Part shown: positions 41,632 to 54,702 of the stretch, in pieces | How positions within the stretch are numbered: the first letter of the stretch is position 1 | How the letters are laid out: each line of letters opens with the position of its first letter | Assembly: GCF_000150275.1 (NCBI RefSeq) | Contig: NW_002060950.1 | Span: forward strand, 2,158,106 to 2,222,105 | DNA from: Trichoplax adhaerens | Taxonomy: Eukaryota > Animalia > Placozoa | DNA length: 64,000 nucleotides | Direction of reading: 5' to 3' | The notes under the pieces: generated by a model | Told to the model about the DNA's origin: nothing | Database searches by the model: none | What the model saw: the letters and a program-made list of their open reading frames with translations, nothing else | Translations under genes and position numbers: made by a program

Positions 41632-43481
41632 TGGTAATGCTATTAGATTTCTTTCTCAAGCACTTTCTTTTCAAATTAAATCGGCAAGGTGTAGTCTTGT
41701 AGCAAGAAAAGAGACGAAAAAAGTATTAGGCAATACTGTTACAGAATTGCCTTTTTGCCACGATTGGATACTGTTAATCCTTGTTTAAATGTGTTAACGC
41801 GTTATTAACTATAGGTAGAATAAAATCATTTTTCACAATTGAATTTTTAATAATTTGACTTACAATAGGCAAACTGGTTGATCTTGGTTTCTACTATAGT
41901 TTGAATAAAGAAAGGATCGCGTACGCGATTTTATAGCTTTAAGATGACAGATCAAACCTATTTCATAGAATAAGAAGCTCGTATTTGTCGATAGTATAAT
42001 GGATCGACCTCTTTTTTTTAACCATACAATCCATAACAGTACCTAGTATAGTAGATACCAATCTCACATTATTCCAACTTTGATGCATTGCTTGTAAATC
42101 GATCATTGTCCCTCATTAATGAATTCATTAATTATTCTGTTTACTGTTGAAGAATAAAGCCATTTCTCTTCAAAAGCTCAATGACAATGAGCAGGTAGGT
42201 TAAAGGGGTTGTGCTTTGACGTATTAACTACCTATCTACCATTGTCCCACAAATACGTACTATGATGTAGGATCTTTATTTAGCAACTGGTTGATATTGC
42301 CATTTCTATACATAACATTAGAGGATATTTGATTTAAATATAGTCAAGCGCAGATGATAATCCTCTTTAGGGCTTCTATTATCAAATTACGCTCTTGAGA
42401 GGTAATAAGGCTAAAAAAATTTTAAACTACGATCAACCGTTTTATTTTTGATATGGAAAATTGAAATAATAGGAGTGTTCACTACTCAGGGTGTTACTTT
42501 ATCTTTGTTATCGTTAAAATGCTTAAAGTTCCTTTAAGAGCATAATCACATATGTCGTAATAAAAATGAGTATTTTATTCTATTATATGCATCGGTATTC
42601 TACCAATACGTCAATAGTGTTATCGATGAATGAGACAAATACTACCGTATACAAAACGGAAAATGGCCTCTTACCATTTAGTCACATCTCTTCTTCAGAT
42701 AAATGCCAGTGCCTTTAACGAGACTGGATATTTGGCTAAGCTAGAATGCTAGCTGACGTAAGCTATAATACATTGATACTTTGTTATGCAATTGAAAGTG
42801 TTACCAGTAACTAAGAATTAATGTATCCCTTCAACTGAGATGGTGTTGCTTTGCTACTTGATGATAATTTATGAAAAGTCAGGATTATATAGCCCTTCTA
42901 TTCCACGTTAGTTAACTATTAGTTGAATACATTCTCAATTACCATGAAAGAGTATCATCCTTAGTACCCATTGCTATCAATTTTCAGGATATATTACTAA
43001 CTCATCAATTGTTTCCAATACAGTGTACTTCAAAACAAATCAGATGTTCGTAAAGAAAAATATAAAACTTTTATTGGTTCTGTTGAAAATTTAGAATAAC
43101 ATATTGACTACCACAGTTCAATATTGTCCCTTTCTTAGCACAATTTCTAATGAGATGTAACATAGGATTAATATCATATATTGCATAAGTGCAAAGTAAA
43201 AAAAATCGCTTCTAATACTATATAATTATATAAGTAATGGTAAGAATGTGTTACCAAACACAAGTCCATAAATTTATTGAACGTATTTGTATAGGTTCCG
43301 TAAATCTTTCGTGTTAACCAGCAAATAAGGGCAAAAGTAGATTATATTACGGTCCTGACTACATTAGTAGGACTCACTCTACGATTTATGACAATAACTG
43401 GAAATGATGTGAAGAGTGTACGGCTATTACAGTGCTACTACAGGAGAATTCTATAAACAGTGCCGTACCTAAAGTCGATTA

Positions 43482-46400
43482 TTAAAATATAATATTTTCT
43501 TCAAAGAATGCGAGTAAAAACATGGCCGTAAAGCCAGTCAAGATACCAACATTGGATGCCAAAAATTTCTTCCAATTCATTTCACCTCCAACAATTTCAT
43601 GACTATCGCCACCATCTTTGCGGCGGTGAGAATGCGAGTGAGTATGACCAGCTCCTTGTCCAGTCATTTGTGGCATCTATAATGAATGCACAATAATTCG
43701 TACATGAGCTATGAACTATGTAATTGGTACAATTTTATCGTAAAATAATAAATCGATTGATACAGCGATTGCCGCTTAACTTACAAGATCTACCAAAGCT
43801 ATGTATAAAAATAATCCAGCCGTTACTGCAAACATATATTGACGAGCAATATCTGTAGAGGCAGCAAAGATACCAATTATTGCTCCAATGTAACATGGCA
43901 AAGCTGATATTAGATTATAAATCAAAGCTCTCTTCCATCCCATTCCACTTGCATACAAAATAGCAAAATCACCTATTCACGTAAGGAAATTCGGTTGGTC
44001 AGTTATAAGTGAAAAATGGAAGTTTTAAATAATCATTAACTTAATTCTGTTAACCTAATTCTTGTGGTAATTCGTGGCAGAAAACAGCGACAGATGTGCT
44101 TAGCCCAAGCGAAAGGGATGATTTAAAAGAGGCGCCGATGGCTATTCCATCAGTAAAATTGTGTAAGCCGTCTCCGACGACCACCATAATTCCTACAGCA
44201 GTCAGGCCGAAGAACACTATCTTTTGACCTGATTTTGATACGTATCCATCCTGTTCATCATTTTTTACCTAAATTGTAATAGTAACGGTAGTTTTAATAT
44301 AACTTATCTACTATAAATTGACTGTCTTATATAAAAGATACTTATATACATTTTAATCGTTTGAAAATTTACTAACATACTGTATACTCGTATATGTTCA
44401 ATGAATAATAGAATCACTTTTGGTCATCATAAAGCTAACATTAAGCTGCAGGTATAACATCTACCTCTGATGAAGCTACCATTTCCGGTGTCTTGGTTTC
44501 ACCATCGGAAAAACTAGGGTTATCACAAGAGTTGACATCTTTCATGCCAATTTCAGCCTAGTAATATTCAACAACAGTAACCAGAAAACTTTTTAAAATT
44601 ACTTTAAGATGAAATCAAGGTGAGTAAACAACGTCGCGCAACGCATTTTTAACATGGTAAACAAGTCTACATTCTTACATCACTAATCTTCTTTTGCTTT
44701 GTACATAACAGGACTACTGTCTCAAAGATATAGAATCCGTATAATCCAACAACACAGACCAACATCTTCATAAGTCTCCCTTGTTCTTCAGTTAGTCCAC
44801 CACTAGTAGATGACGCATGTGAACTGTGATCGTGTTCCGTTATTGACTACGTAGGTTTATAATCAAGGTTGCATCGTGAGTGTGAAATTTAAATATCACG
44901 TACTATATGTATAGAACAATTTAGAAAAGTTATCATTTCGTTTTGTGGATACATACGTGAGGGATTAAATGCATTATACTATCACCAACCAAGGATCCAA
45001 CGGCTAAACCTACCAAGTAAGCTATAACGTAAGGAATCACCGTATGTCCTAGGCATGGAATAATCAATATTCCTGCTACCGACGTTAGCGTTATCACAGT
45101 TACGGCGAGTATAGTGTAACCCCAAACTGTAATATTAAAGATCAGTTAAAAGCCCAAAGTGATAAAGTGGAATTAAGTCGCTAATCGCCTCATAACAATA
45201 AATTTAAAATGTTACTATACCTTCACCAGCTGATGGTGCAGCTGCGACAGTTGTATTAGTAGTTACAGTTGCATTATTGCAAGCGGATGTTGCAACTTGT
45301 TGCACTAATGCAGGAGAAAGAGAGTTGAATTGTTTTACATCAGCTCCGGTAGAGCTTACCTTGAAGATGTTGAATATTTGCGACGCAGAATAGCACTATG
45401 AAACAATAATCAATTTAAAAATTATAAAAATAATAAATTAATAACTCCATCGGCGGTATTACTTGACAAAGAAACAATATATGATTTTTTACTTGTTTTC
45501 TTGCTTCCCACTACACATAAAAATAGAATATAAATTTTTCAAATTCTTAGAGATGTCAGTTACCTTTCCTTCAAATTGATGGTCATTATGTACTTCACGA
45601 GTGGAGCGCTTGTGATCATGACCAGAATGATCATCATGACCGGAATTGCCGGAATTCGATCCCGATGAGGAACCAATCTTTAATTTTGTCATTAAATTTT
45701 GCAATCCGGTTAAATTAACGCGTCCTACCACGTATAAGTAGAGAGTAATAGAGTTAGATTATTAAATTTTTCATTATTATTGTAATATCACAGACGAAAA
45801 GATAATTCTTCAAGTCCTAGAATTACCATTAGTGGCATAAATTTCGAAAATGTGTCGTTGAAAAAATGCCTGATCTGGAAGTGTCGTGTTGTTAGCGTGA
45901 TCATGATCATGGTGATCATCTGATGATGAGCTAGCTTGGATACAATGACCCTTAACTAATTTTTCAATTAAAGGCACAAATACTTGTGATCCATTGTACC
46001 ATTGGTTATTGGCTACAGTAATGTTAGAGCTAGAGTGATTATGCTCGTCAGTTGCTCTTTTTCGTCGATGATCATGTCCACTATGATCATGATGGGTTGT
46101 AGTATCATTCTTTTTAGCAAGTAAGCTTGTTGCTGAGAAACACTGTAAAATTTCGTAAGATAATGTTTGTGTTAGCTTTCCGTGATAGAAAGAGATTCCA
46201 GTCATGAGGATTTTATATCAGTCGAAATACCAGTATTATTTTATTATAAATACTTTTACTGACCGTACGACCATCTGGAGGATGAGCCGTCCCATATGTA
46301 CTGTTTATTTCCTGTAACATTTTAATTATTCCTACTGTGCTATACTGCATGCGCGTTTCATTTCCAAATTCATGTAATAGCTTGTGAGCATAATTGTCAG

Positions 46401-49400
46401 GAGGGCCAGGCTTTATCTGAGCTGTTTGGTTACAGACTAGAGCCCATCCTTCTGGCAATAGTGTATAGGTCATGATCATCGCAGCTGTTGGAAAGTTTGT
46501 TTCATTTAGTGTCTGGTTAGTGTTGAGTCCCATCGAGGAATAGACGTACGATGGTATTGTGCACTAAATGGGCGAAATGTAAGTGCTATTAGAATTTTAA
46601 AACACTTTCTTCATATCTAATCATATCATAAAGTGCGACAGTAATTAGAATCGATATGTCGCGCAGAGATTAATTAAATGTATAGAACAAGACAGAGAGC
46701 TACTTTAAGAAGATAGACACAATACGATAGATTAATAACATAGTTAAGCTTATACTTTACCCCAATGCAGTTGCTACATTTCTTGTTAGACGTTACTTTC
46801 ATAGCTAACGTATTCAAGTCTTGATAGGTCATTACTACTTTGCTACTGGCATTAATAGCTTCTAGAATCTCGTGGAAATGATCTTCTTCTTTATGGGCAA
46901 CATTTGCAAGGTTAATGCATAATCCTTTGGCCAGATTTTCTAATATCCTTGGCGTAATTTCTGTAGCAGGATGGTACGTGTTGTGATTGTGCCCTACGTG
47001 GCCATGACCGGTGTGGTTGACTCCTTTCAAAAGGTTGTCCACATTAAAGCACTATATGAGATGAGGTAAATAATAATCGTTATTATATAATCAGTCGTTC
47101 ATTGAAGGACCTAATATTGAACACGGCATGATATTTGTCGAGCACACAGTGTCATGTTTGTAAGTTGCTGAAATCTACAGTACGACATAGCATTTTTTTT
47201 ATCGCCCATCATCTCCGAAACGATTTCAAACTGAACCTTTGACATATCTAAATCTATTTGCTCGCATTACTATTTTTCATCTTGGTAATTAAAGCGAAAT
47301 GACAATTGAATTTATAACTCGGAAATGACTGATATTATTATAATAGCGCATCACGTTTTCCTCTAAATGCTACGCCCTTGGTTTGATGGTATCCCTTACA
47401 AGCTACAATTGGAAATGTTAAATATATTTGTGAGAAGTAAATATTGTTGTGCAAATGTCTCATCATTGGAATCGAAATTTCGCACTCCGTCCATGACGTC
47501 AAAATTAACCTTCAACACGTTCAATTTTTTTAAATCGCCGAATTTTGTAAATTGTCCAGACAAACATAATTACAATTAATTGATAGTTAGCAGCACTGTA
47601 CACTAACGCCCTAAGAATCACTCTATAGTAAGGTCTTGAAAAGAAAGGTTTAAGTGAGAGAACTGGTCAACTTAATAATAACGGGTCACGATCTTGCATA
47701 ATTAACTAGTTGACGTCACTTTTAATTATATAGAATTAATTAATTAATTAGTGTACGAGTACAGTGCAGACTGGAATGTCCAACAGCTAAAACGGGAGTC
47801 CAACTGGCGGAACAGTATGGTGCAGTATAGAACCACACTTGAGTTCAAATCAAGCTCAAGATACATTAGCAAGAACGGGTTGTCGGCCTCTTTGTGACAG
47901 TGTACAGTACTGTACCGTACCGTATAGAAGCTTTTGTCTTGTTCGCTTTGTCTTTGTCTTGGCTAAACAAAGGTTTCCGTCGGTGATCGACAAGAATCAA
48001 GATGGGGGGGCATAGACATTCCAAATATGGTAATGCTACTGTGAAAAATTCAAGATGATTTCAAAGCCATCTTCAACGATCTTGGTAAAGATGATCAAAG
48101 TCCATCATCACGGAGGATGATGATGGCGGAAGGGAGTAGGAAATGATTTCCCTCTCGTGTTTGTGCTAGAGGGATTTACTCATAGCAGACGATAGCACCA
48201 ATGTAGAAGAGAGTCAGGCGATGCTAACGTAATCATCAAACAATTCTCAGAAATTAAATTAACTACTCTGCGGTATGCCTATTATAATGACTGGTGATGA
48301 TTTTTCAATTGCACTAAACAATATCAGAGAAGTAGGAAAAACACTAGGTAGTAATATTCCTTTATCATCAGTAATCATCAAAGTAAAATTAAGGAATGTA
48401 TTCAATATCGTGGGTAAGGGAGCAATCATTTCAAATAGGAGTAAATGAAAGTTGTATTTGTCGTATGACGATCCGTGCAAGGAAACGTTTCCTTTGAGGA
48501 AAAGCAAGTTTTGAGTACTACAACTTTAATGGCATACTTAATTTGAAGCATGGGGGAACAAATAGTTATTGAAGTTGCCAGATCGGACTTCTATTTTTTT
48601 AGTATTCACTAATATTGCAATAGTGATAGTAAAAAAAAAAAAGAGACAAAGTTGAATGACTGCACTTTAAGTACATCCTTAATTAAAGTAGTTTACCAAG
48701 ACAGCGTAACGTCGGGAAAACTACGAAGACGAATGCCATTTAGGATACATTAGGAACTACATTGATCGCCCTTTCACTTCTCTGTTTTACATAGATCAGT
48801 GAACAATTTCTACTAACGTAAAGTAACAGCAATCACTAGAAATATCTAAAGGTATAAAATACGCTATAAGTAGAATAAAATCTTTTCGAAATGATCAGCA
48901 CATTTTAAGCAGACAAGTACGATACGAAGCAATGTTTGAAGGCATTGTCCGGGGAACAATCATTGTAAGAAAAGATGGTCTCTTGTGACGCTAGGTAGTA
49001 GAAGAAAGTGCTTCACTTATCGTAAAGCGAACATTATTTCTGCTAACTGATGCCGTAAGAAATTGTCAATTGAACTTGATTAGCTTAACGTAGTTATGCG
49101 GCTCGAATAGTGAGTAAATTAAATACGTTGACGAGATGATACAGCAAAATAACAAAGTCACATGGCAACTCCAATGCAAAAGCAAATGTTAGCACTCACT
49201 TTACGACCCATCGTCATCGGGTGTGAAGGTCCATACTCTTCGTTGACTTCCTTTAATAATTTGGCAATGCCATTTTCGTTCATGCCATGGGTAGTTTCGT
49301 TACCAAACTCATGTAAGATTTGCTCTAAGTGAAAAGCAAAATTACCTGGCTTTGCGTTCGTTGTCGCGTTACATACACGATGCCATCCTTTATGAATAAC

Positions 49401-50063
49401 AGTATACACTATAATTAGTGAAGCTCCAGCGAATGAATGGCTATCGATGGCGCCAGTCCGGTTCAGATTTAGAGCGTTGAATACGTAAGAGGCTGTGGAA
49501 CACTAGAAAATGTTAATGTTAAGGAAGAGAATTAGGACAGGAAGGATAGACTTGAATATTCAATTGCAGAGTGTGTAGAGGGTGATTTTAGTTTGGTTAA
49601 CATCAGTACTTTTTGAAGGCAATGGACTAAGCCTTCTGTAAGATATAATCTACAGTGTGTTACTATGAGTAGAAGGAACTGATCCAATGTCAAGGTATCA
49701 AGACTTTAAATATTAACGAAATTTAATGATCGTGACTTTCTTTCAGTTTTAGCCAGTGCAATTATTTTGTATTTTGCTTTAAAAATGGATCGTTACTGGA
49801 TAGTAGGAAAGGTAATAAAACTTAAATTGATAACTTACAGTGGGACATGTCGCTGCACAAGTCCTATTTGGAACCATACGATTAGCCAAGTTATTGACGT
49901 CGTTGAAGTTGATGGAGGAATTGCTAGCAGCCATAATTGATGCTATAACACTGGCAAAGGCTTCATCGCTTTCATGTACATGATCGCTTTCGCTAGCATT
50001 AATCGATTCGAAACAAGTTAAGTAGGTCAATGATACCAACAAGATTATTGTTGCTACTTTCAT
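43482..50063 (-). CDS. LIV-1 family ZIP (SLC39A) metal transporter, ZIP4/ZIP12-like, paralog B (13 exons)
   Basis: Signal peptide [10 protein letters not shown]. Exons ~50063-49840, 49502-49205, 47051-46761, 46563-46264, 46143-45826, 45726-45564, 45396-45221, 45127-44957, 44846-44679, 44557-44465, 44268-44055, 43973-43786, 43676-43482. Exon structure matches paralog A. Motifs [23 protein letters not shown] and [14 protein letters not shown]. Confidence 0.92.
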
Positions 50064-52599
50064 GTTGAATGTGATATGGTAAAGGATCAAAGTGGCAATT
50101 CAACAAGAGAACTATCTGTAATAGCGATGATGTAGGAAAAAAAAAGTAGAATGGACAACTATGTCGCCAATTTTGACCAAGATATTGCAATGTGCAATAG
50201 TTGAAGATGAAATATCCCTTTTTTCAGTGTGAGGCAGCTCCCCTGAGTTGTATGTTGATCAATGATTTTGATGGAATTACGTGAATTGCTTGCTTCTACT
50301 GCTCTATATTCTATTGGATACGGTACGGTATTAGTAACAAGAACCTGTATCCTATTAATTCTGCAGTATCATATCATAACAGTATTGTTGGATTAACTGA
50401 CATCCACTTTGAGGTCACGCAGTTAATGTTGAAAGAGTAAAGAATAAGGAGAATTGATGGAAATCAAGATTGACATGAAGAATTTCTTTGTTAACAGTAT
50501 CAGCTTTTGAACGAGTTGTACTTTCTAGGTTGGTGTGGTGCAAAGGTTTTGACCAGGTTTTGATTGGACGTGGACTGGCGCAGTAGGCCAACGTCATCTC
50601 GTGCTTCTGTACCATCCTGTGACTGTTGGTACTGTACTGTCCAACTCATGCAACGTTACGATGGCATGAGCCGACGCGGAGGATGACTTTCTACCATTTG
50701 TTATCAGGTGTGTCGAGTGACATTGTGTAGAACATATAGAGTGTGCGGTATGCATGCAACACACAGTCAACTTGGCCTCTACTATTGTAAAAACAAAAGC
50801 AAACAATCAACTACAAAAAGGGCGCTGGATTCCGGATCCCGCCCTGTTTAGCTTGTTTAGTGTTGGGTGTTTACTTGGATCTTTTGTTGAATCTCCAAGT
50901 ACGCTTCACCTTGTCAATTCTTTTGTCTTGCAAAACACTACACTATGTGTGTATCGATCGGTTACGAATATCCGTAATGATGCGGATCGGTATTATCCGT
51001 CCGTGGGCACAAAGAACCGTATCGTACGGTACCGTACCGTATTCGGCGGTATAGTACCGTATTGGACGCTATCGTATTGTTATTGGCAGCGTATCGTACG
51101 GTACGATGCTGCACCTGTAGCTACTACGTGTCATTTTCATCTATTTCAATTCAATCAACTGTCAGTCAATTCAATTTACAGTAATAATAACACGCCGTGA
51201 CAGGTAGAGGCCAATTTCCGTTGCTATGCTAGTGCGAAGGTCAGTCAGACAGTTAATTAACGAAGTTTCTACAGTGTCTACGTAGACCCACATCAATAGA
51301 TTATACAATTAATTCATAAAACAGGTGTTCCACCATCAAAATGCTAATAAAGGTTAGCGGATTAGCATCAATATGATAATCACTCCAAATACTCTGTTGG
51401 ATAGTTTTTTATTTCTAATGGTAGCTATGACAAAGGGAAATGGTATTAGAAAGGACTTGCACGATTAAAAGCAAGTTGAAATTTGCAAAATTGACCATCT
51501 ACGTCGTATTTCAGTAATTTATACCGCCGTTATACAGTATTGAATTCATTGATTCGCCAAATGATGATGATTCAGTGTTGAGTCAGCAGAGTTGATGGAC
51601 ATTTCACACCTGTTCATACAGTACTGTACAGTGTACATTCTCCGACATTAGACGCTGTTGTAATGATAATTATAAAAGCATCTACTGTACTATAGTACAC
51701 TGATCTGAAGTATTCACAGTAACCTGCTGCTGGAATACGCACTTTGAACTTTAACAGTGCGTGCTTTCTAAAACGGTAGGTGCATCTTTCATAATTTTAT
51801 AACATTTTGTATGGAGATAGATCTTAAACCATATTATTCAAATTCTCATAGGAATCGAAGAGACGCAAACAGAAAGCCATACGGCAATTAACTATAGATG
51901 GCATGTTAAATAAATAAATTTTTAGTACGTATCTGTAATTTTCATTAAGACCACAAAATCCAATTTTGCAAATTTTTAAGCTCGATTCTTGAACTTCATT
52001 TCTACCGAAATTGGTGCGTGCTTAAGCGGCAGGTTACAGTAATGGTACCTGTACTTTGGACATTGTGTCTCACCTAAATTCGATGTCGTTGAAGTCGGTC
52101 GACGATCAAATTTTTTTATTCTACCTTTTCCGATTTCAATGTAGCTACTATCCTACTTACCCAACTCAGTATCGTTAGGAGGTGTCGCCAATAGGATGCA
52201 AAGTGCGAAACAATTCCGGTAGGACGACGATCCGATCGGATTCCTACCGGATTTCGTGCTACATTTTAACATTCGGAGTTGTACCGGATAAAAACATTAT
52301 TTTCGGATTAATCCGATCTACCATACAGGTCCTAAATGTACAGTAAGCGCACTACAGTACCATAGGCCGTACCCTCATGAATGAGTCATAGATTCAGAGT
52401 TGTGCGGTGCGTACTGGTACATACGGCCTCGAATATGTACCATACGGATTTACAAAGGCTAACGAACAATGTAATTTTTCGGATTAATTTTCGGATTATA
52501 ATCACTTCAACGATCGGACTTCGTACTGGATTCATATGTCATCCTTTCAAGTCGGATCCGAACCTTTCTCAGGTCTATTCGGATTTCGGAGTGACTTCT

Positions 52600-53000
52600 C
52601 AGTACTGTACGATGGCAGAACACTACAGTACAGACGTACAGTACTGTGCATACTGTACTGTACTGTACTCTAACAGTACAGTACGAGTACTGTACTGTAC
52701 AGTAGCAGCTACCGATATTTCGTGACAACGCTCGCTGCCGATTTCCCGTGTAGGACGTAAAACTAATTGTAAAATAACTTAATTTTTGTCTGATCTGATG
52801 TGAATAGTACTTTATAAGAAGTAGAGGGGACATTTTATTTATTTTTCTACATCCATTTATTTCGTAAGTTCTGTAGAGTTCAGTATAGTACAATACAATG
52901 TACAGTACTGTATAGTGTACTGTACAGTACTACACACTGTATGTCATCATGTACACTGAGTACAGTACTATACTGTATATGATATACAGTATAGTACTGG
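52600..53000. repeat. Low-complexity (TACTG/CAGTA)n-like microsatellite patches
   Basis: Dense tactgtac/gtacagta runs at ~52600-52705 and ~52880-53000. Confidence 0.8.
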
Positions 53001-54702
53001 TTGAAAGTTGTTTGGCTATAGTGCAGCCTTTACTTCGATCTTTTAAAATCTTCAAGGTATTTCCATTAAATTTGGCTCAAATTCCACATAAACAGATCAT
53101 TACAACCTTAAGCAATCGGCTCTTGATATTTCTATTCATTTTTACTACATTATGATGTTATTTTATTTCTTTGAAATTCTAATACAAACTAATAGTTATT
53201 AATGCATGTACGATTGTACGGTCGGTTCAGCCAGCATACAGTACAACTCACGCCGTAACATGTAGTGGTAGAGGGGTTAAGCAACGTTTTGCCATTTCGT
53301 ATGTTATGCAAGTTATTATACCGTTTATACGTACAAGTACAGGAGAATTAGAAAGATAATTTATCGATTTGCCATGCATAGCTCTGAAACTGTAGTAACA
53401 ATATTAAGGTATTGAAAATGATGCCAATTTATATTATATTATCCGTGTACTGTACGGTATAGCATATCATTAAATGCCTTTCGCCATATCAGCTCGTATG
53501 CAAATAACGTACGTATGTGGGTGGTATTTAGGAACTGTTGCTTTTTCTAGCTTTAGGGTAAGCAATAAAGTAGCTATTTAAAACTCATATCAAGAAATAC
53601 TGTAAATGGACAGACTTGTATATGAAAACGTATTGTCAACCTAACGACAGTCTTTCATGGTTCTCTGGTATGTACTGTACAGTATTTTAGATTCTGCAGA
53701 CGGTGTAATTATAATATGCAAAATCGATGGCTACGCCCTTGCCTGCGGGTTGTACGAATAACTTGGTGTAAATATTTGACTTTCCGATTTAACAAGCAAC
53801 AAGGCTAAAGAATTGCCTTGCAGTTCTGATTTTTAATTGGCCTACAGGAGCTGTATTGTACGATTGCCTATAGCTCAATTGATTGCTTGAGAGCTAAACT
53901 GGTTCGTTACGGATGCATTAAATATATCTGTAAAACAACTATTTCCACGCTCTTGCAAGTTGCAACCCAGCAATTGTGCATATGTATATGATTAAAAGGA
54001 ATACAGTGCTAGTGTCGGGTAAGAATATCCTGAAATGATTTTAACAAGATTCAAAGATTTACTTTAATGCCTGAATGTGTATCGGATCATATATCATCAT
54101 TCTGTAACAGTAGGTACCATAGTATTGACGGCATAGTCAAAGAGTTTTACAAAAATAGTGCTAGTTATTAACAATCTGAATCCACTTGCATAGGATAACG
54201 CTCAACTAGTACCAAGCCGATTAATGGGCGATTTAATTAATGAATAATATTTAAAAAATATGTAGAAAATTATGCTACGTAACTGCCCATTCACCAGTGA
54301 TAACCTGTCATCTATTGCATTGCCGTACGTTACGGATATTACAACTGTAAATCAAGGACTGAATGTAATTATACCACATTGTGAATACATTTACTATTTA
54401 TTATTTTAAAGAATTAATCAATAAATCAAATAAAAAAGAATACAAACTTGTAAACGAACAAATACGGTGTCAATTTATCTGGATATCATTACATGAAATT
54501 TTGTCTTGCATTTGCGTTGAAACGAAATACAGTAACATGTTAGTTTAGAACTGGATACGGCGATGGAGATCGCCAATAACAATTATCAAGTTTAGGGGTG
54601 ATTAACACCGTTTGTGTATGCCAAAATTAGAACTGAAGATCGAATTGTAATGCAATTGGCAATGGATATAATCATTACCATGGGTTACGTAACGCCCAAC
54701 GA

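Noticed and set aside
47367-48507. Short ORFs within intron 2 of ZIP paralog B
   Set aside because: No recognisable homology or exon chain, so a nested gene or TE cannot be supported.
50415-53155. Cluster of ORFs rich in Y/C/T/V/S
   Set aside because: Largely translations of TACTG/TACCG low-complexity DNA, with no recognisable domain.
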